64,000 nt of DNA from an uncultured Pseudomonadota bacterium (GTDB taxonomy: Bacteria; UBA10199; GCA-002796325; 1-14-0-20-49-13). Both the position numbers and the translations under genes were made by a program. The notes beneath the pieces were generated by a model that saw only the letters and a list, made by a program, of their open reading frames with translations, was not told the DNA's origin and did not search any database. The stretch is taken from assembly GCA_964647545.1 (NCBI GenBank), contig CAZYHS010000004.1, positions 2,713 through 66,712 of the forward strand, written 5' to 3'. Shown here piece after piece: positions 16,983 through 27,166 of the stretch. Numbering within the stretch: position 1 is the stretch's first letter; every line of letters begins with the position of its first letter.

Positions 16983-19900
16983 TTAGAAAGATGTTCCAAG
17001 TTGCAGAATGAGCGTGCCGTATTTGATCTTGGTCCCAAGTATCGGATCGGTAACGTTATTAAACCCACGCAAATTGCGTCCGTGCGCAATGATGCCGTAG
17101 CCGAGTCGGCCGGTAACAGGCAGCCCGTGTCCTAAGATAAAATCTCCCCTGATTTCGGCTCCGGTGCCGAGCAAAAAGCGATCGAAGAAATAATGATCGT
17201 TGCCCCACATGTCTGTGTTTGCCTGCCATGTGTTTCCGTAGTCGATAAACGGTGCGAAGTGAATGTTCTGAATGTAGAACGGCGTCGTCCCCAACCCGCG
17301 CTGCGGAGAGACGATCGGAATACGGTACTCCAAACTGAAGACCATCACGCGCTCGCCCGAAAGCGACGCCACGTTCAAACCGCGCAACGGAAAGTAATAG
17401 AGACTGGCGCCGGCCCCGCCAAAGGCCCCTTCGCCGAGCGGACCGCCGAGAGTGAAGGTTCCCTGCGTCATTTTGTCGCCGAGCGCTATGCCGCCGGCCA
17501 CCCTGAGCGCGATCACATGATCGTCCCACAGATCGACATATTCGCGATAGTCGCCGGCAAATATTCTCTGTTCGTTCTTTGCCGCGCTTCCTAACGTCTG
17601 GTCGGTTATCGTGAAATTTGCGCGCAGTCTGCGTCCGGTCTCATAGCCGTTGGACGACGGATATTTTTTTGCGGTCGAATAGGCGTAAGAAAATGAAAGC
17701 CCGCTAAAGTTGCCGATGTTCAGCGCGTTCGCCTCGGCGGGGGCAAGTCTGTGCACCGGCCGTCTGTATTCCCAAAAATACTGTGCGCTTAGCGCGTGGT
17801 TCTCGATCGGAAATGAAAGCCCGCCGTAAACTCTGCGGCGCCCTTCGTAATAATGAACGGTGTTCGTTTGACCGGTCGAAGGATTGTAAAATGTGAGATT
17901 GCCGAAATTGGCCGCGTAGTCCTGCACCCCCATCGTCAACGCCGTGGTATAGCGATTATAAAAATAGTTGAAATAATATCCCAAGAAGTCGGTAAGATCG
18001 GTTCTCCAGTCGATGCCGCCGAGCCAATTATGCCTGCGCAGAGGGTCGGTACCTCCTGTAAACGCGGTCAGCCAAACGCCGTTATCCAGCGTTGCAAATC
18101 CGGGGACGATAAATCTCGGCAGCAATAACGATTTCCCCAGCGGGCTGTATTTTTTGCTCTGCAATTCTCCAAGCTGTATCACCGGCTGGTCAAGTAGCCG
18201 CTCGTCAAAAGCCGGTATCAGGCTCTCTTTATTTCCTCCGTAATTTCCACCGTATGAAAAGTCGGCCTTCTTCGGTGGGAAACTTAAGGGTTTGCCAGAT
18301 TCGCCGGCGAGGCTCATCTTGCGGATATCGAACCCTTTGTCGTTGTAATATTGGAGAAAAATTGCGCTGTCGTCTTTGGATATGGCCGGTTGAAAAACGC
18401 CCGAGACCACGTTGGTGATCCTTGCTGCCTGTCCGACTTTCGCGCTCTTGCCCGAACGGATTATTTCGCTGCGCCATAGGTTTGAAACACCGTCGCGATC
18501 CGAAATGAAATAGACAAAACGCCCGTCGCCCGACCATTGAGGAGCCGAATCGATCGAAGCGTCGTCTGTTATCTTTGCCAGATATTTACCGTCGATAGCG
18601 TCCAGCAGATAGATGTCCCACTGGCCGGTCTGATAGCTCGGGCTCTTCCCCTCCTTATTGACGCGCACCTTGGGCTGCCAGCTTGCAACGGCGATCATCG
18701 AACCGTCGGGGGAGACGCTCGGCGAAACGAATTGCGAAAACTCGACCTCTCCGCCGGAATTTTTCACGGTCGCAGCAAGCGAAGATATCAACCTCTCTTC
18801 GCGGGTCGGCTTAACTTCATGGTCGCGCTTTTTCTTAACGTTGGTCTTAACCGGCGCCCACGTCGTATCTTTGTAAGCGGCCTCTTTTGCGATATCCTCT
18901 TTCGGTCTATCGACCGTCGATCTTTCAATGTCTATCACGGCAAGATGCGAGGCCCCTTTATCCTGCATCGAGAAAACGATCTTTTTGCCGTCGGGGGTAA
19001 AAGCTACGTCGCTTGCGCGTTTGCCGAATGTGAGCTGTTCGTGCCGCTTCGTTTCAAGATTATAAACGAAGATCTCGTTAAAGCCGTTGAACTTTTTGTG
19101 AACCGCCATCGCCGAATAGGCAAGGAGTTTGCCGTCGGGACTGAATGCCGTGCTCGTCACGAATTTTTTCTTAAGCACGATGGAATTTTTACCGGTCTCC
19201 AGATCCAAAATTCTCAACTCGAAGGGGCCCTGCACGCGCTGCCTAGCGTAAGCGAGAAATTTTCCGTCAGGACTGACGGCGGGGTTCGAAAGGACCGTTT
19301 CGCCGGACGCGACCGTCGTAAGGACGGTCACTCCGCCTTTTTCTATTTGGGCGATCTTGTCCGAATATTCTGCGGTGATCTTTGCCTGCCATTCTTTCCA
19401 AATATCGTAGTAGGTCTTGCTGCGCTCTGTCCCCTCTTTGCGCACGCGCACGTAGCGGGTGTGAGCCTTGTCGGTCTGATACTCGATGTCGTTGAATGCG
19501 TGACGTGCGTGGTGATTCACGGCCCAAAGAAGCGGGCTTTTTGAAACCCGACGCTGAAACTCGATGAACTTATCTTCGCCGTAAGTGTCGACCAGATATT
19601 GCGAGAACTTAGCGCCGTAGAGATACATGGCGTTGTAGTTCGGCCAGCTCCACATGAGCCCGTCGGCCTGATCGATCTTGAGCAGCGAATTATTTTTGAC
19701 GCTCGAACGGAAGAGCATCTCGGTAAAACTTGCGCGCCCTCTTCCGCCGGTCGTAAAAGTCGTTTCGTCGTAGGTCGTCACCCCTTCGCGCATCCATCCG
19801 GGCTGAGTTCCGTTTAGAGATATCGTCTTGCCGAAAATCACTCTTGCCAGCGTCATTGCGCCGCCGTACATGTCCAAATGAATCGTATGAGTGAATTCGT

Positions 19901-20279
19901 GCAGACACAAAGTTCTCAGCCAGTTATCGTAATCGCCCAAGGTCGTGTCGGGAGAAGGAGAAGCAAGCCGCAGCAGAATCCAATTGTAAGGAAGTGGCGA
20001 ACTCATGCCGTTCGCGCTGTCGGAATTATCGACAACCATGACCTGCGTTCTCCCCCAAGGGCGCCAGTTGTAAAGTTTGGTAATGCGCTCGTATGCCTCT
20101 TCCAGATAAACCGCGACTTTCTTAACCTGCGGCTCCAGCTCCTTGTTAAAATGAATACTGAAATGACCGGTGTCTATCGTTTGCCAGTCGATGCTCGGAT
20201 CGTAGCTGGCCGAAAACGCGACGGAAGGGACCAGAAGTAAAAGAACGGCAACTACGACTCGGCGGAGATGATTTTTCAT
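16983..20279 (-). CDS. Omp85/BamA-TamA-family outer-membrane protein with N-terminal HEXXH metallopeptidase-like domain and PD40/TolB-like propeller
   Basis: Signal peptide; LHEFTH...WMREG; repeated SPDG/TPDG; C-terminal barrel motifs PLRG, EYRIP, GAEIR and a terminal Phe. Confidence 0.75.
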   Translation of the reverse strand: MKNHLRRVVVAVLLLLVPSVAFSASYDPSIDWQTIDTGHFSIHFNKELEPQVKKVAVYLEEAYERITKLYNWRPWGRTQVMVVDNSDSANGMSSPLPYNWILLRLASPSPDTTLGDYDNWLRTLCLHEFTHTIHLDMYGGAMTLARVIFGKTISLNGTQPGWMREGVTTYDETTFTTGGRGRASFTEMLFRSSVKNNSLLKIDQADGLMWSWPNYNAMYLYGAKFSQYLVDTYGEDKFIEFQRRVSKSPLLWAVNHHARHAFNDIEYQTDKAHTRYVRVRKEGTERSKTYYDIWKEWQAKITAEYSDKIAQIEKGGVTVLTTVASGETVLSNPAVSPDGKFLAYARQRVQGPFELRILDLETGKNSIVLKKKFVTSTAFSPDGKLLAYSAMAVHKKFNGFNEIFVYNLETKRHEQLTFGKRASDVAFTPDGKKIVFSMQDKGASHLAVIDIERSTVDRPKEDIAKEAAYKDTTWAPVKTNVKKKRDHEVKPTREERLISSLAATVKNSGGEVEFSQFVSPSVSPDGSMIAVASWQPKVRVNKEGKSPSYQTGQWDIYLLDAIDGKYLAKITDDASIDSAPQWSGDGRFVYFISDRDGVSNLWRSEIIRSGKSAKVGQAARITNVVSGVFQPAISKDDSAIFLQYYNDKGFDIRKMSLAGESGKPLSFPPKKADFSYGGNYGGNKESLIPAFDERLLDQPVIQLGELQSKKYSPLGKSLLLPRFIVPGFATLDNGVWLTAFTGGTDPLRRHNWLGGIDWRTDLTDFLGYYFNYFYNRYTTALTMGVQDYAANFGNLTFYNPSTGQTNTVHYYEGRRRVYGGLSFPIENHALSAQYFWEYRRPVHRLAPAEANALNIGNFSGLSFSYAYSTAKKYPSSNGYETGRRLRANFTITDQTLGSAAKNEQRIFAGDYREYVDLWDDHVIALRVAGGIALGDKMTQGTFTLGGPLGEGAFGGAGASLYYFPLRGLNVASLSGERVMVFSLEYRIPIVSPQRGLGTTPFYIQNIHFAPFIDYGNTWQANTDMWGNDHYFFDRFLLGTGAEIRGDFILGHGLPVTGRLGYGIIAHGRNLRGFNNVTDPILGTKIKYGTLILQLGTSF

Positions 20280-20399
20280 AGGCCGAAATTGTTACATTAA
20301 ACAAATTTCCGGCGCAATTAAATCTTAGCTTTCTGAAGAGCAGAAACGATTTTAAGCGGCGGGAATTATAACTTGAAATAGGCCCCCTTGTCGGGCTAA

Positions 20400-21080
20400 A
20401 TGCGCCGCATGAATTTTAAACGAACGCTCTTTTTAGCTTTCGCCCTGCTGACCTTTGCGACCCCGATTACGGCAATCGCCGAGGAGGCCCAAAGGCCGGA
20501 TGACGAAAACGTCAACATTCACGCAGTCCCGCCCATTTTGGACCCGCATTTCAGGCACAGAAAAAAAGGCCAGCTTGAAATTTCTCCTTATGGGGGTTCC
20601 AACCTAGGCGCTAGCCTTTCTCAAACGTGGATTGCCGGCTCAAGACTTTATCTTCATCTCAACAACACCTATGCGATCGGCGCGAACTACAGCTTTTCGA
20701 CCATCGGAGGAGCGGCCAACAGGTCAATGGGTGGAATTCTAGAAGACGACATCCTGCACTATCTAAACGCCGAAGCGATGATATCCAACGACGTGGCAAT
20801 GAGGGTCGGCAGCTCGCTCATCGAAATGGACCTCTACATGACGCTTGGAGTGGGGGGTATTTTCATTAATACCGACTGGCAGCCGATGGGAGTGGCCGGA
20901 GGAGGAGTAAAAGTTTACACCGGAATTCCTTGGCTTGCGGTGCGGGTTGACGTCAACAACTACATTCATCCGACACAGCATAGGGGAAGTACAGCCGTCG
21001 ATTGCGACGTCACGTTCACCGGAGGGATTTCGTTCCTGTTCCCCAGCAACCCGTCACCCTACGAAACTAAAAAACGATAA
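20400..21080 (+). CDS. Small outer-membrane beta-barrel (resembles the myxobacterial OMP barrel family TIGR04565)
   Basis: Signal peptide, KKGQLEISPYGG, GGGVKVY, alternating strands; start may be the ATG at 20409. Confidence 0.65.
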   Translation: MRRMNFKRTLFLAFALLTFATPITAIAEEAQRPDDENVNIHAVPPILDPHFRHRKKGQLEISPYGGSNLGASLSQTWIAGSRLYLHLNNTYAIGANYSFSTIGGAANRSMGGILEDDILHYLNAEAMISNDVAMRVGSSLIEMDLYMTLGVGGIFINTDWQPMGVAGGGVKVYTGIPWLAVRVDVNNYIHPTQHRGSTAVDCDVTFTGGISFLFPSNPSPYETKKR

Positions 21081-21087
21081 ACTTGGA

Positions 21088-24000
21088 TTATTTCGCCAGA
21101 GGAGAGACGCCGTTGGCGATGTACTTGGCCTCGAAAAGGACTCCGTCGCCGTTCTTATCGCCGTCAACGTCTATGAACACGGGATTCGCAAAGCCCCACG
21201 CAGAAGTTGACATCTCTTCGTCGGTTTCAAGCGAATCGAGGGTCCAGTCTTCGGAAGGTTTACCCATCTTGGTTGGGTCGCTGATCGATTTCGTTACGAA
21301 GGGAAACAGCGACCGCCATCCTTGAGTCCCCTTGGTACCGGAAACAAAGACCACAACCCACGTATCTTCATCGACCTCCATTTCAAAATTGACGGAGGCG
21401 TTTATCGTTTCATCGTCCTTTGTCCAGTCGGACAAACTGCCGTCGGCGGTCGTGTAGATTCTGTCGGGCTCATAGTAAAACTTGGGGACGTGGTAAGGGG
21501 CAAAGAAAGATTTCGGATCGCTTGCGACCCCCTTGAAGGCCGACACGCCGTCGTCGTCTGCAGGCAAAGGCTCGGTATTGGCGTAAACCTCTATGGTATC
21601 AAACCACGCCCAAGCGGGACTTGTCACATCGACGCGAAATTTGACCTTTTTGCCGCTAACGGTATCTCCGACTCCTGATTTTTTCCCGTCTTCGCCTACG
21701 GCGCTCACTTGAATGAACGGGCCTGCCGACACAACCACCTTGTGCCTATTGACCGCCTTTGCGAACGCATCTTCATCAAACTGGGCAAAGCTGCCGATTC
21801 CGTCCTTGGGGTCCACATCGGAGGCGACGAAATTTCTCGGCGTACCGAGCTGGTCGACGATCTCTCGGTGAGAATCGGAGTCAGCGACGCCCGTGACAAG
21901 AATGCCCAGATTTAAAAAATTGAACCACTGCGGCAGTCCCGTTTCGCGTAACGCGTTCGAATAAAGCTCGGGGCTAATCGTAAGTTCGAGAGCCGTAAAA
22001 TCGGTGATGACAAGATCGCTTTCGCCGAAAGGCATGGGGATCGAACTTGTCAATGAGGTCGGTGCAAGTCTTTGCTGCGACGGCTCGACATAGCTCGAAA
22101 GAGGAGAAAGCCCTTTGTAGGCCGGAGTCGTTACCCAACTCGACACGATGGCAAGGCTGGTCGGCTGATCGGCAATGTGGTTGACCATTCTCACCTTTTC
22201 GCCCTCACCGCCGCCGCCGCTCTTGAAATATTCCATTATTTCGCGCGGCGACATGACAAAATCGGGGGAAGGGTCTGCTCTGTCTCGTGGAGAATAGGTC
22301 CAATCGAGAGCGCCGCCGTCAACTTTCGTATCGTCTTTTTCAAGCGGGAAAAAAATCATGTGCCCGTAATGATTGGGGCTGACTTCGTCGCCGATCTGAG
22401 TGGCCAAAGCTCCGGAGGGTATCAATCCGCCCTTCACAAGCTTTTCGACCACAGGGGCGTAGTCGGTGAGCCAATCGTGGTCGCTGGACTGTAAAACGTC
22501 CATCCCTTCGCCTGCCGAAGCCAGAACTCTGCGTTCGAGCGTGAGCGCGCTATCGGGCGATACGATCGAATGCAAATGGAAATCTCCCGATATCCATCCC
22601 GGAGTTTTAACCACTTTTTTCAAAACCACGTCCGACACCGTGACCTTGCCGCCGTTTGTCACAACGATCTCTTTGACGACCCGCGAATATTCGACTCCGC
22701 GCGTAAAGACGAGAACGTAGCGCCCGGGCTCTAGCCTAAAGCTCTTTTGCTCTTCCACACCAAACGTCCCTTTGGAGTTCACATATTTCACATCGACAAC
22801 GCCCCAAGGGCGCTCGAATAGCCATGTATCTTCGAACTTGCCGGCCCCGTGAGTTGTGGCCAAAGCAGCGCCGGCGTGCGAATCGGGGCTGGGGTCAAAA
22901 CCTACGATGGTCATGCGCGCCGGAACTCGGCGACCTTTTTCATCGACGACCCCTCCGTCAAGCTCCACGATTCCGCTACCGCCAAGAACGCATTTGATTC
23001 CGCTTTTTGAAATGATCTTAATATCGACTTCTTTTGGAGAGCATGTCCCTGCGACATCTGTACCTTCGACATGGTAGCCCGTCTTATCGACGAATATTTT
23101 ATATTTTCCGGTTCCAAAGGCGCGCGCGAAATCGTCGGCGCCGGTTGAAAGTTCGCCCGAAAATTTTCCGTCGGCTCCGGTACGGTAGGTAATGACCGTC
23201 GTACTGTTCTCGTTCTGCACCACGACAGTCGCGTCTTTAACAGGAGAACCGGTCGCGTCAACGACCTCTCCCGATACTGTTCGTGTGGGAATATCCATCA
23301 ACTTCATTCCGGCGTCGAAAACGCTTCCGGCATTTCCGTCTCCGACGACAAAAAATTCTGTGACCGTTCTGCTGCCGCCGGCCGGAATGGTAAAATTTAC
23401 CTTCATGTCGTTGGGCCCGCCTAAAGGAAGCGCCCTTAAGAATTCGTCTCCGAACAAAATTCCCGTAACTCCCGAATAGGTCAGCGAAGTCGAGATGAGG
23501 CGTTTTGATTTTGCGGCGGAGGCTTTTCCTCCGGCCAGCATTTTTTGTGCGTCTATCGCGTCGGCCGACCCCTCTTCGGCAAACGCCCGCACGTCATAAA
23601 AATATCCATAGGAGACATCTACTCCGTCGAACGGGACATAGATGACAGCCGGAGCGTCGCCGGCGATCTGAGCTGTCGGAGGCGGAGTAAATCCGAGCCC
23701 CGACAACAAAGTGTGCACCTGCCCGCTTCCGTTTACAAAACGTCCAACCGGCATCTTTGCGTCCTGTCCACCGCGATTTTCATAGGTCGTTTCGATCTTT
23801 ATATAATTTGCGTTAGGTTCAAGAGTGTAGGTCGTGACGACTTCGGGATTTATTCCCCGCAAGTCCTCATAAATGCGGAAAGGATCGTTTACGTCATCGT
23901 AACGCGGCGAAAAATACATCGTCTGACCGGTCAGCGCTTTGACTACCGGCGCGACAAAATCGAGATCGAGATAATCAAGCGCGTCTATCGTGCCGTAAGC

Positions 24001-24414
24001 CTTTAGCACCTTGGCAGAACCGTTCGAGCCGTCGCTCACAACTTCAAAATCTTGATAGTTGACCGTCCATTCGATATTGACCAACGGGCACATTCTGCCG
24101 AAATTATCCTGACCTAAACCGTCGGGCCTAACGATATCGGCGTCGATTATTCCTCCGCCGAAAGGACAAGAATTTGCCAGCTTGCCTTTGTTTTGAATGA
24201 TAACGCTGATTTGATTATTGGAGAGTTTGAAATCTCCGAGCCGCCCTTGAGCTAAAGGGCCCTGCATTAACTGCGACGGATCGGTAATCGAAAAAGCATT
24301 TACTCCGACAGGTACACCTGTGGAACCGATCATCTCCTCCGTTCGGGAGCTGCAACCGGCGACAAGCGCGGCCGAAAAAAGAAGAGTCGCAAATATTTTG
24401 TAGCAGTTCCGCAT
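21088..24414 (-). CDS. Large lipoprotein with carboxypeptidase-regulatory-like beta domain and CehA/McbA-like PHP metallohydrolase domain
   Basis: Lipobox VAGC; GRLGDFKLSN; VFTRGVEY; GWISGDFHLHSIVSPDS, SDH, GHMIFFP, DSDSH. Confidence 0.75.
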   Translation of the reverse strand: MRNCYKIFATLLFSAALVAGCSSRTEEMIGSTGVPVGVNAFSITDPSQLMQGPLAQGRLGDFKLSNNQISVIIQNKGKLANSCPFGGGIIDADIVRPDGLGQDNFGRMCPLVNIEWTVNYQDFEVVSDGSNGSAKVLKAYGTIDALDYLDLDFVAPVVKALTGQTMYFSPRYDDVNDPFRIYEDLRGINPEVVTTYTLEPNANYIKIETTYENRGGQDAKMPVGRFVNGSGQVHTLLSGLGFTPPPTAQIAGDAPAVIYVPFDGVDVSYGYFYDVRAFAEEGSADAIDAQKMLAGGKASAAKSKRLISTSLTYSGVTGILFGDEFLRALPLGGPNDMKVNFTIPAGGSRTVTEFFVVGDGNAGSVFDAGMKLMDIPTRTVSGEVVDATGSPVKDATVVVQNENSTTVITYRTGADGKFSGELSTGADDFARAFGTGKYKIFVDKTGYHVEGTDVAGTCSPKEVDIKIISKSGIKCVLGGSGIVELDGGVVDEKGRRVPARMTIVGFDPSPDSHAGAALATTHGAGKFEDTWLFERPWGVVDVKYVNSKGTFGVEEQKSFRLEPGRYVLVFTRGVEYSRVVKEIVVTNGGKVTVSDVVLKKVVKTPGWISGDFHLHSIVSPDSALTLERRVLASAGEGMDVLQSSDHDWLTDYAPVVEKLVKGGLIPSGALATQIGDEVSPNHYGHMIFFPLEKDDTKVDGGALDWTYSPRDRADPSPDFVMSPREIMEYFKSGGGGEGEKVRMVNHIADQPTSLAIVSSWVTTPAYKGLSPLSSYVEPSQQRLAPTSLTSSIPMPFGESDLVITDFTALELTISPELYSNALRETGLPQWFNFLNLGILVTGVADSDSHREIVDQLGTPRNFVASDVDPKDGIGSFAQFDEDAFAKAVNRHKVVVSAGPFIQVSAVGEDGKKSGVGDTVSGKKVKFRVDVTSPAWAWFDTIEVYANTEPLPADDDGVSAFKGVASDPKSFFAPYHVPKFYYEPDRIYTTADGSLSDWTKDDETINASVNFEMEVDEDTWVVVFVSGTKGTQGWRSLFPFVTKSISDPTKMGKPSEDWTLDSLETDEEMSTSAWGFANPVFIDVDGDKNGDGVLFEAKYIANGVSPLAK

Positions 24415-24620
24415 AGTTGCTTATTTATCGACCACCCTTAACAAATGTTGCTAGAAATCATATACGCCGCGCGTCGAACTTATGACGCAACGCTATCCAC
24501 TTGATTTTTAAGCTTTTTTTAATAGGCCATGCGACTTGGGGCTTGCCATTTTAGTTTTGCGTGCTATAGACCGCCGTCCGTTGTCGTTAGCCAGTTTCAG
24601 GGCAATCATTGGAGGCTTTT

Positions 24621-25715
24621 ATGATAGTCGGCATTCCGAAAGAGATAAAAGACGGCGAAACAAGAGTTGCGATAACTCCGGCAGGCGTTTCAACGATCAT
24701 CAGAGAAGGCCACACGGTCCTCATCGAAAAAGGAGCGGGCCTTGCCAGCGGATTTGCCGATCGCGTCTATCGCGACGCCGGCGCGACCATTCTTCCTCAG
24801 GCCGCCAAAATATGGAAAATGGCCGGACTCATCGCCAAGGTCAAAGAGCCTCAGCCGAGCGAATTCAAATTTTTCAAACAAGACCTTATCCTTCTGACAT
24901 TTCTTCACCTTGCAAGCGTGCCGCAACTTGCACGTGCGCTTTGCAAAAAACAGGTCACGTCGATCGGTTATGAAACGGTCGAAAATTCCGAAGGAAGACT
25001 CCCCATCCTTGTTCCGATGAGCGAAGTGGCCGGACGCGTCGCAGGTCTTATCGGCGCAAGACTGTTGCACCGCGGGCCTTGGGACGGAAAGGGTCTGTTG
25101 CTTGGAGGAGTGTCGGGCACAAAGAAAGGCGTTGTGACGGTCGTCGGCGGCGGCGTAGCCGGAGCTCAAGCTGCAGAGGTCGCAACGGCCCTTGGCGCCG
25201 AAGTCATCGTTCTCGATGTTAAAGAGAGCAGACTGCAAAGGCTTCAAGAACATTTCCGCGGGCGGGCGCAGGTTCTTATGTCGACATCAGACAGCATAGC
25301 GGCCGCGGTCAAAAAATCGGACTTGGTCATCGGCGCCATACTTGTTGCGGGAGACAAAGCTCCAAAGGTCATTACCAAAAAGATGCTGCAGACAATGTCG
25401 CCGGGCTCTGTCATCGTTGACCTCGCAATCGATCAGGGGGGTTGCGTCGAAACTGCGCACCCGACAACGCACAAACATCCTACATTCGTAAAATACGGCA
25501 TTATTCATTATTGCGTGCCGAACATTCCGTCGCTCACTCCGCAAACCTCGACCGAAGCGCTAACGGCGAAGACTCTTCCTTATTTGTTAAAGGTCGCCAC
25601 AAAGGGCGTTGACGCCGCTTGCGCCGAAGATCCGTTGCTTATGCACGGCCTCCAGATCAAAAACGGCAAAGTGGTCCATCCGGTCGTTGCGAAATTATTC
25701 AAGAGTCTCTCGTAA
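24621..25715 (+). CDS. ald: Alanine dehydrogenase
   Basis: MIVGIPKEIKDGETRVA, KVKEP, LHLA, MSEVAGR, AIDQGGCVET, HYCVPNIP; GGAGG RBS. Confidence 0.95.
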   Translation: MIVGIPKEIKDGETRVAITPAGVSTIIREGHTVLIEKGAGLASGFADRVYRDAGATILPQAAKIWKMAGLIAKVKEPQPSEFKFFKQDLILLTFLHLASVPQLARALCKKQVTSIGYETVENSEGRLPILVPMSEVAGRVAGLIGARLLHRGPWDGKGLLLGGVSGTKKGVVTVVGGGVAGAQAAEVATALGAEVIVLDVKESRLQRLQEHFRGRAQVLMSTSDSIAAAVKKSDLVIGAILVAGDKAPKVITKKMLQTMSPGSVIVDLAIDQGGCVETAHPTTHKHPTFVKYGIIHYCVPNIPSLTPQTSTEALTAKTLPYLLKVATKGVDAACAEDPLLMHGLQIKNGKVVHPVVAKLFKSLS

Positions 25716-26493
25716 GACCTCTCTCGCGATAGATAAGATTTAAACCTTCAAGGGTCAGATCGGTTTCAACACAGTCGAAAATCTCGCAGCCTTGCGATAT
25801 CAGCGGGGCGAACCCGCCGGTCGCTATCACCACGGGTTTTTCCCCCATCGCTTTGGCCGTCTGCGCGACAAGCCTCTCCACAAGACCGATGTAGCCTTGA
25901 TAAATTCCGACCTGCATCGATTCGACCGTGCTTCTGGTAATGAATCTGCCAGTCTTTACAATTTCGATCTCGGGGAGTTTTGAAGCATACTTTGATAACG
26001 CGTTTAGCGAAATCCAAATTCCGGGGGCGATCGCCCCGCCCGAAAAAACTCCTTTTGATGTGACGATATCGAGAGTTGTCGCAGTCCCCATATCGACGAC
26101 GATCGCCGCGCGTTTAAATCGATTCCACGCAGCGACGGCGTTAACAAGCCTATCGGAGCCGATTTCGTTTGGGTGTTTATGATCGATCTTTATGCCGGCA
26201 TTTTCGTGATCGACAAAAAGAGGTTCGATCTCCATTGAAAAGCGGACGACCTTTTTTATCGAAGCGTCTCCTTCGGGGACAACGCTTGAAATAACAATGC
26301 CGTCGAGGTCGTGCTTAAGCGGAGATTTTTTTCTGAGCTTAGGCCCGAGACCTTCCCGAGCATTCACGTCGAACGTGACTCCGGCGGCGATGGGATCTTT
26401 CTCCGTTAGTGCGTGCCATTTTTTTATCAGCTTTGCTCCGTCATAAAGTCCGAAGGTGGTGCTGGTATTTCCGATGTCTGCGGCAAGTAACAT
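25699..26493 (-). CDS. coaX: Type III pantothenate kinase
   Basis: DIGNT, SSVVP, IGSDR, DMGTATT, GGAIAPG, ATGG. Confidence 0.95.
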   Translation of the reverse strand: MLLAADIGNTSTTFGLYDGAKLIKKWHALTEKDPIAAGVTFDVNAREGLGPKLRKKSPLKHDLDGIVISSVVPEGDASIKKVVRFSMEIEPLFVDHENAGIKIDHKHPNEIGSDRLVNAVAAWNRFKRAAIVVDMGTATTLDIVTSKGVFSGGAIAPGIWISLNALSKYASKLPEIEIVKTGRFITRSTVESMQVGIYQGYIGLVERLVAQTAKAMGEKPVVIATGGFAPLISQGCEIFDCVETDLTLEGLNLIYRERGLTRDS

Positions 26494-26563
26494 AGGTGGT
26501 GAAAATTACAGATTTCAAAGCAGCTTGACAAGACCAATTATTGCCTCTAGTGCAGGAGCCCAT

Positions 26564-27166
26564 ATGAAAAACAACCTATACAACAAGAACATCGTAGTCG
26601 GAATTACCGGAGGCATCGCGGCCTACAAGACCTGCGAACTGGTGAGAGCTCTCGTCAAAGAAGGCGCAAGCGTCCACGTCATTTTAACGCAAGCCGCGCA
26701 GAATTTTGTGACGCCTCTAACGCTGCAAACTCTTTCGAAGCATCCCGTGCATCTTGACATGTTCACGCCGCTCCCCGTCAAAGGTCACGTGCGCACCGAA
26801 GACAAAGGACACAGACTGCAAACAAAGGATCCGCAGCATCAAATTCAAACAACGAATCACGTCTCTCTCGCCGACATGGCCGACATCATGGTCGTGGCTC
26901 CGGCCAGCGCAAATATTCTTGCCAAGGTCGCGCACGGAATCTGCGACGATCTTTTATCGACGACAATTTGCGCAACTCGCGCAAAGATCGTTTTCGCCCC
27001 GTCGATGAACGTGAACATGTGGGAAAATAAGATCACTCAAGAAAACATCTCGAAGCTCAAAAAGTCCGGCTATAAATTTGTCGATCCGGAAGAAGGCGAA
27101 CTCGCCTGCGGATACAGCGGCGTCGGGCGCATGGCCGACATCGAAGAGATAATAAAGGCTCTTTAA
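26564..27166 (+). CDS. coaC: Stand-alone phosphopantothenoylcysteine decarboxylase (CoaC half of CoaBC)
   Basis: GITGGIAAYK, APASAN, PSMNVNMW, LACGYSGVGRM; stops before any CoaB ligase domain; AGGAG RBS before ATG 26564. Confidence 0.85.
   Translation: MKNNLYNKNIVVGITGGIAAYKTCELVRALVKEGASVHVILTQAAQNFVTPLTLQTLSKHPVHLDMFTPLPVKGHVRTEDKGHRLQTKDPQHQIQTTNHVSLADMADIMVVAPASANILAKVAHGICDDLLSTTICATRAKIVFAPSMNVNMWENKITQENISKLKKSGYKFVDPEEGELACGYSGVGRMADIEEIIKAL

Noticed and set aside
18537-19544. 335-aa plus-strand ORF, and similar long antisense frames (3519-4043, 15285-15902, 33128-33697, 39116-39859, 45726-46316, 58739-59401)
   Set aside because: Shadow frames opposite or within well-supported genes; no motifs or RBS
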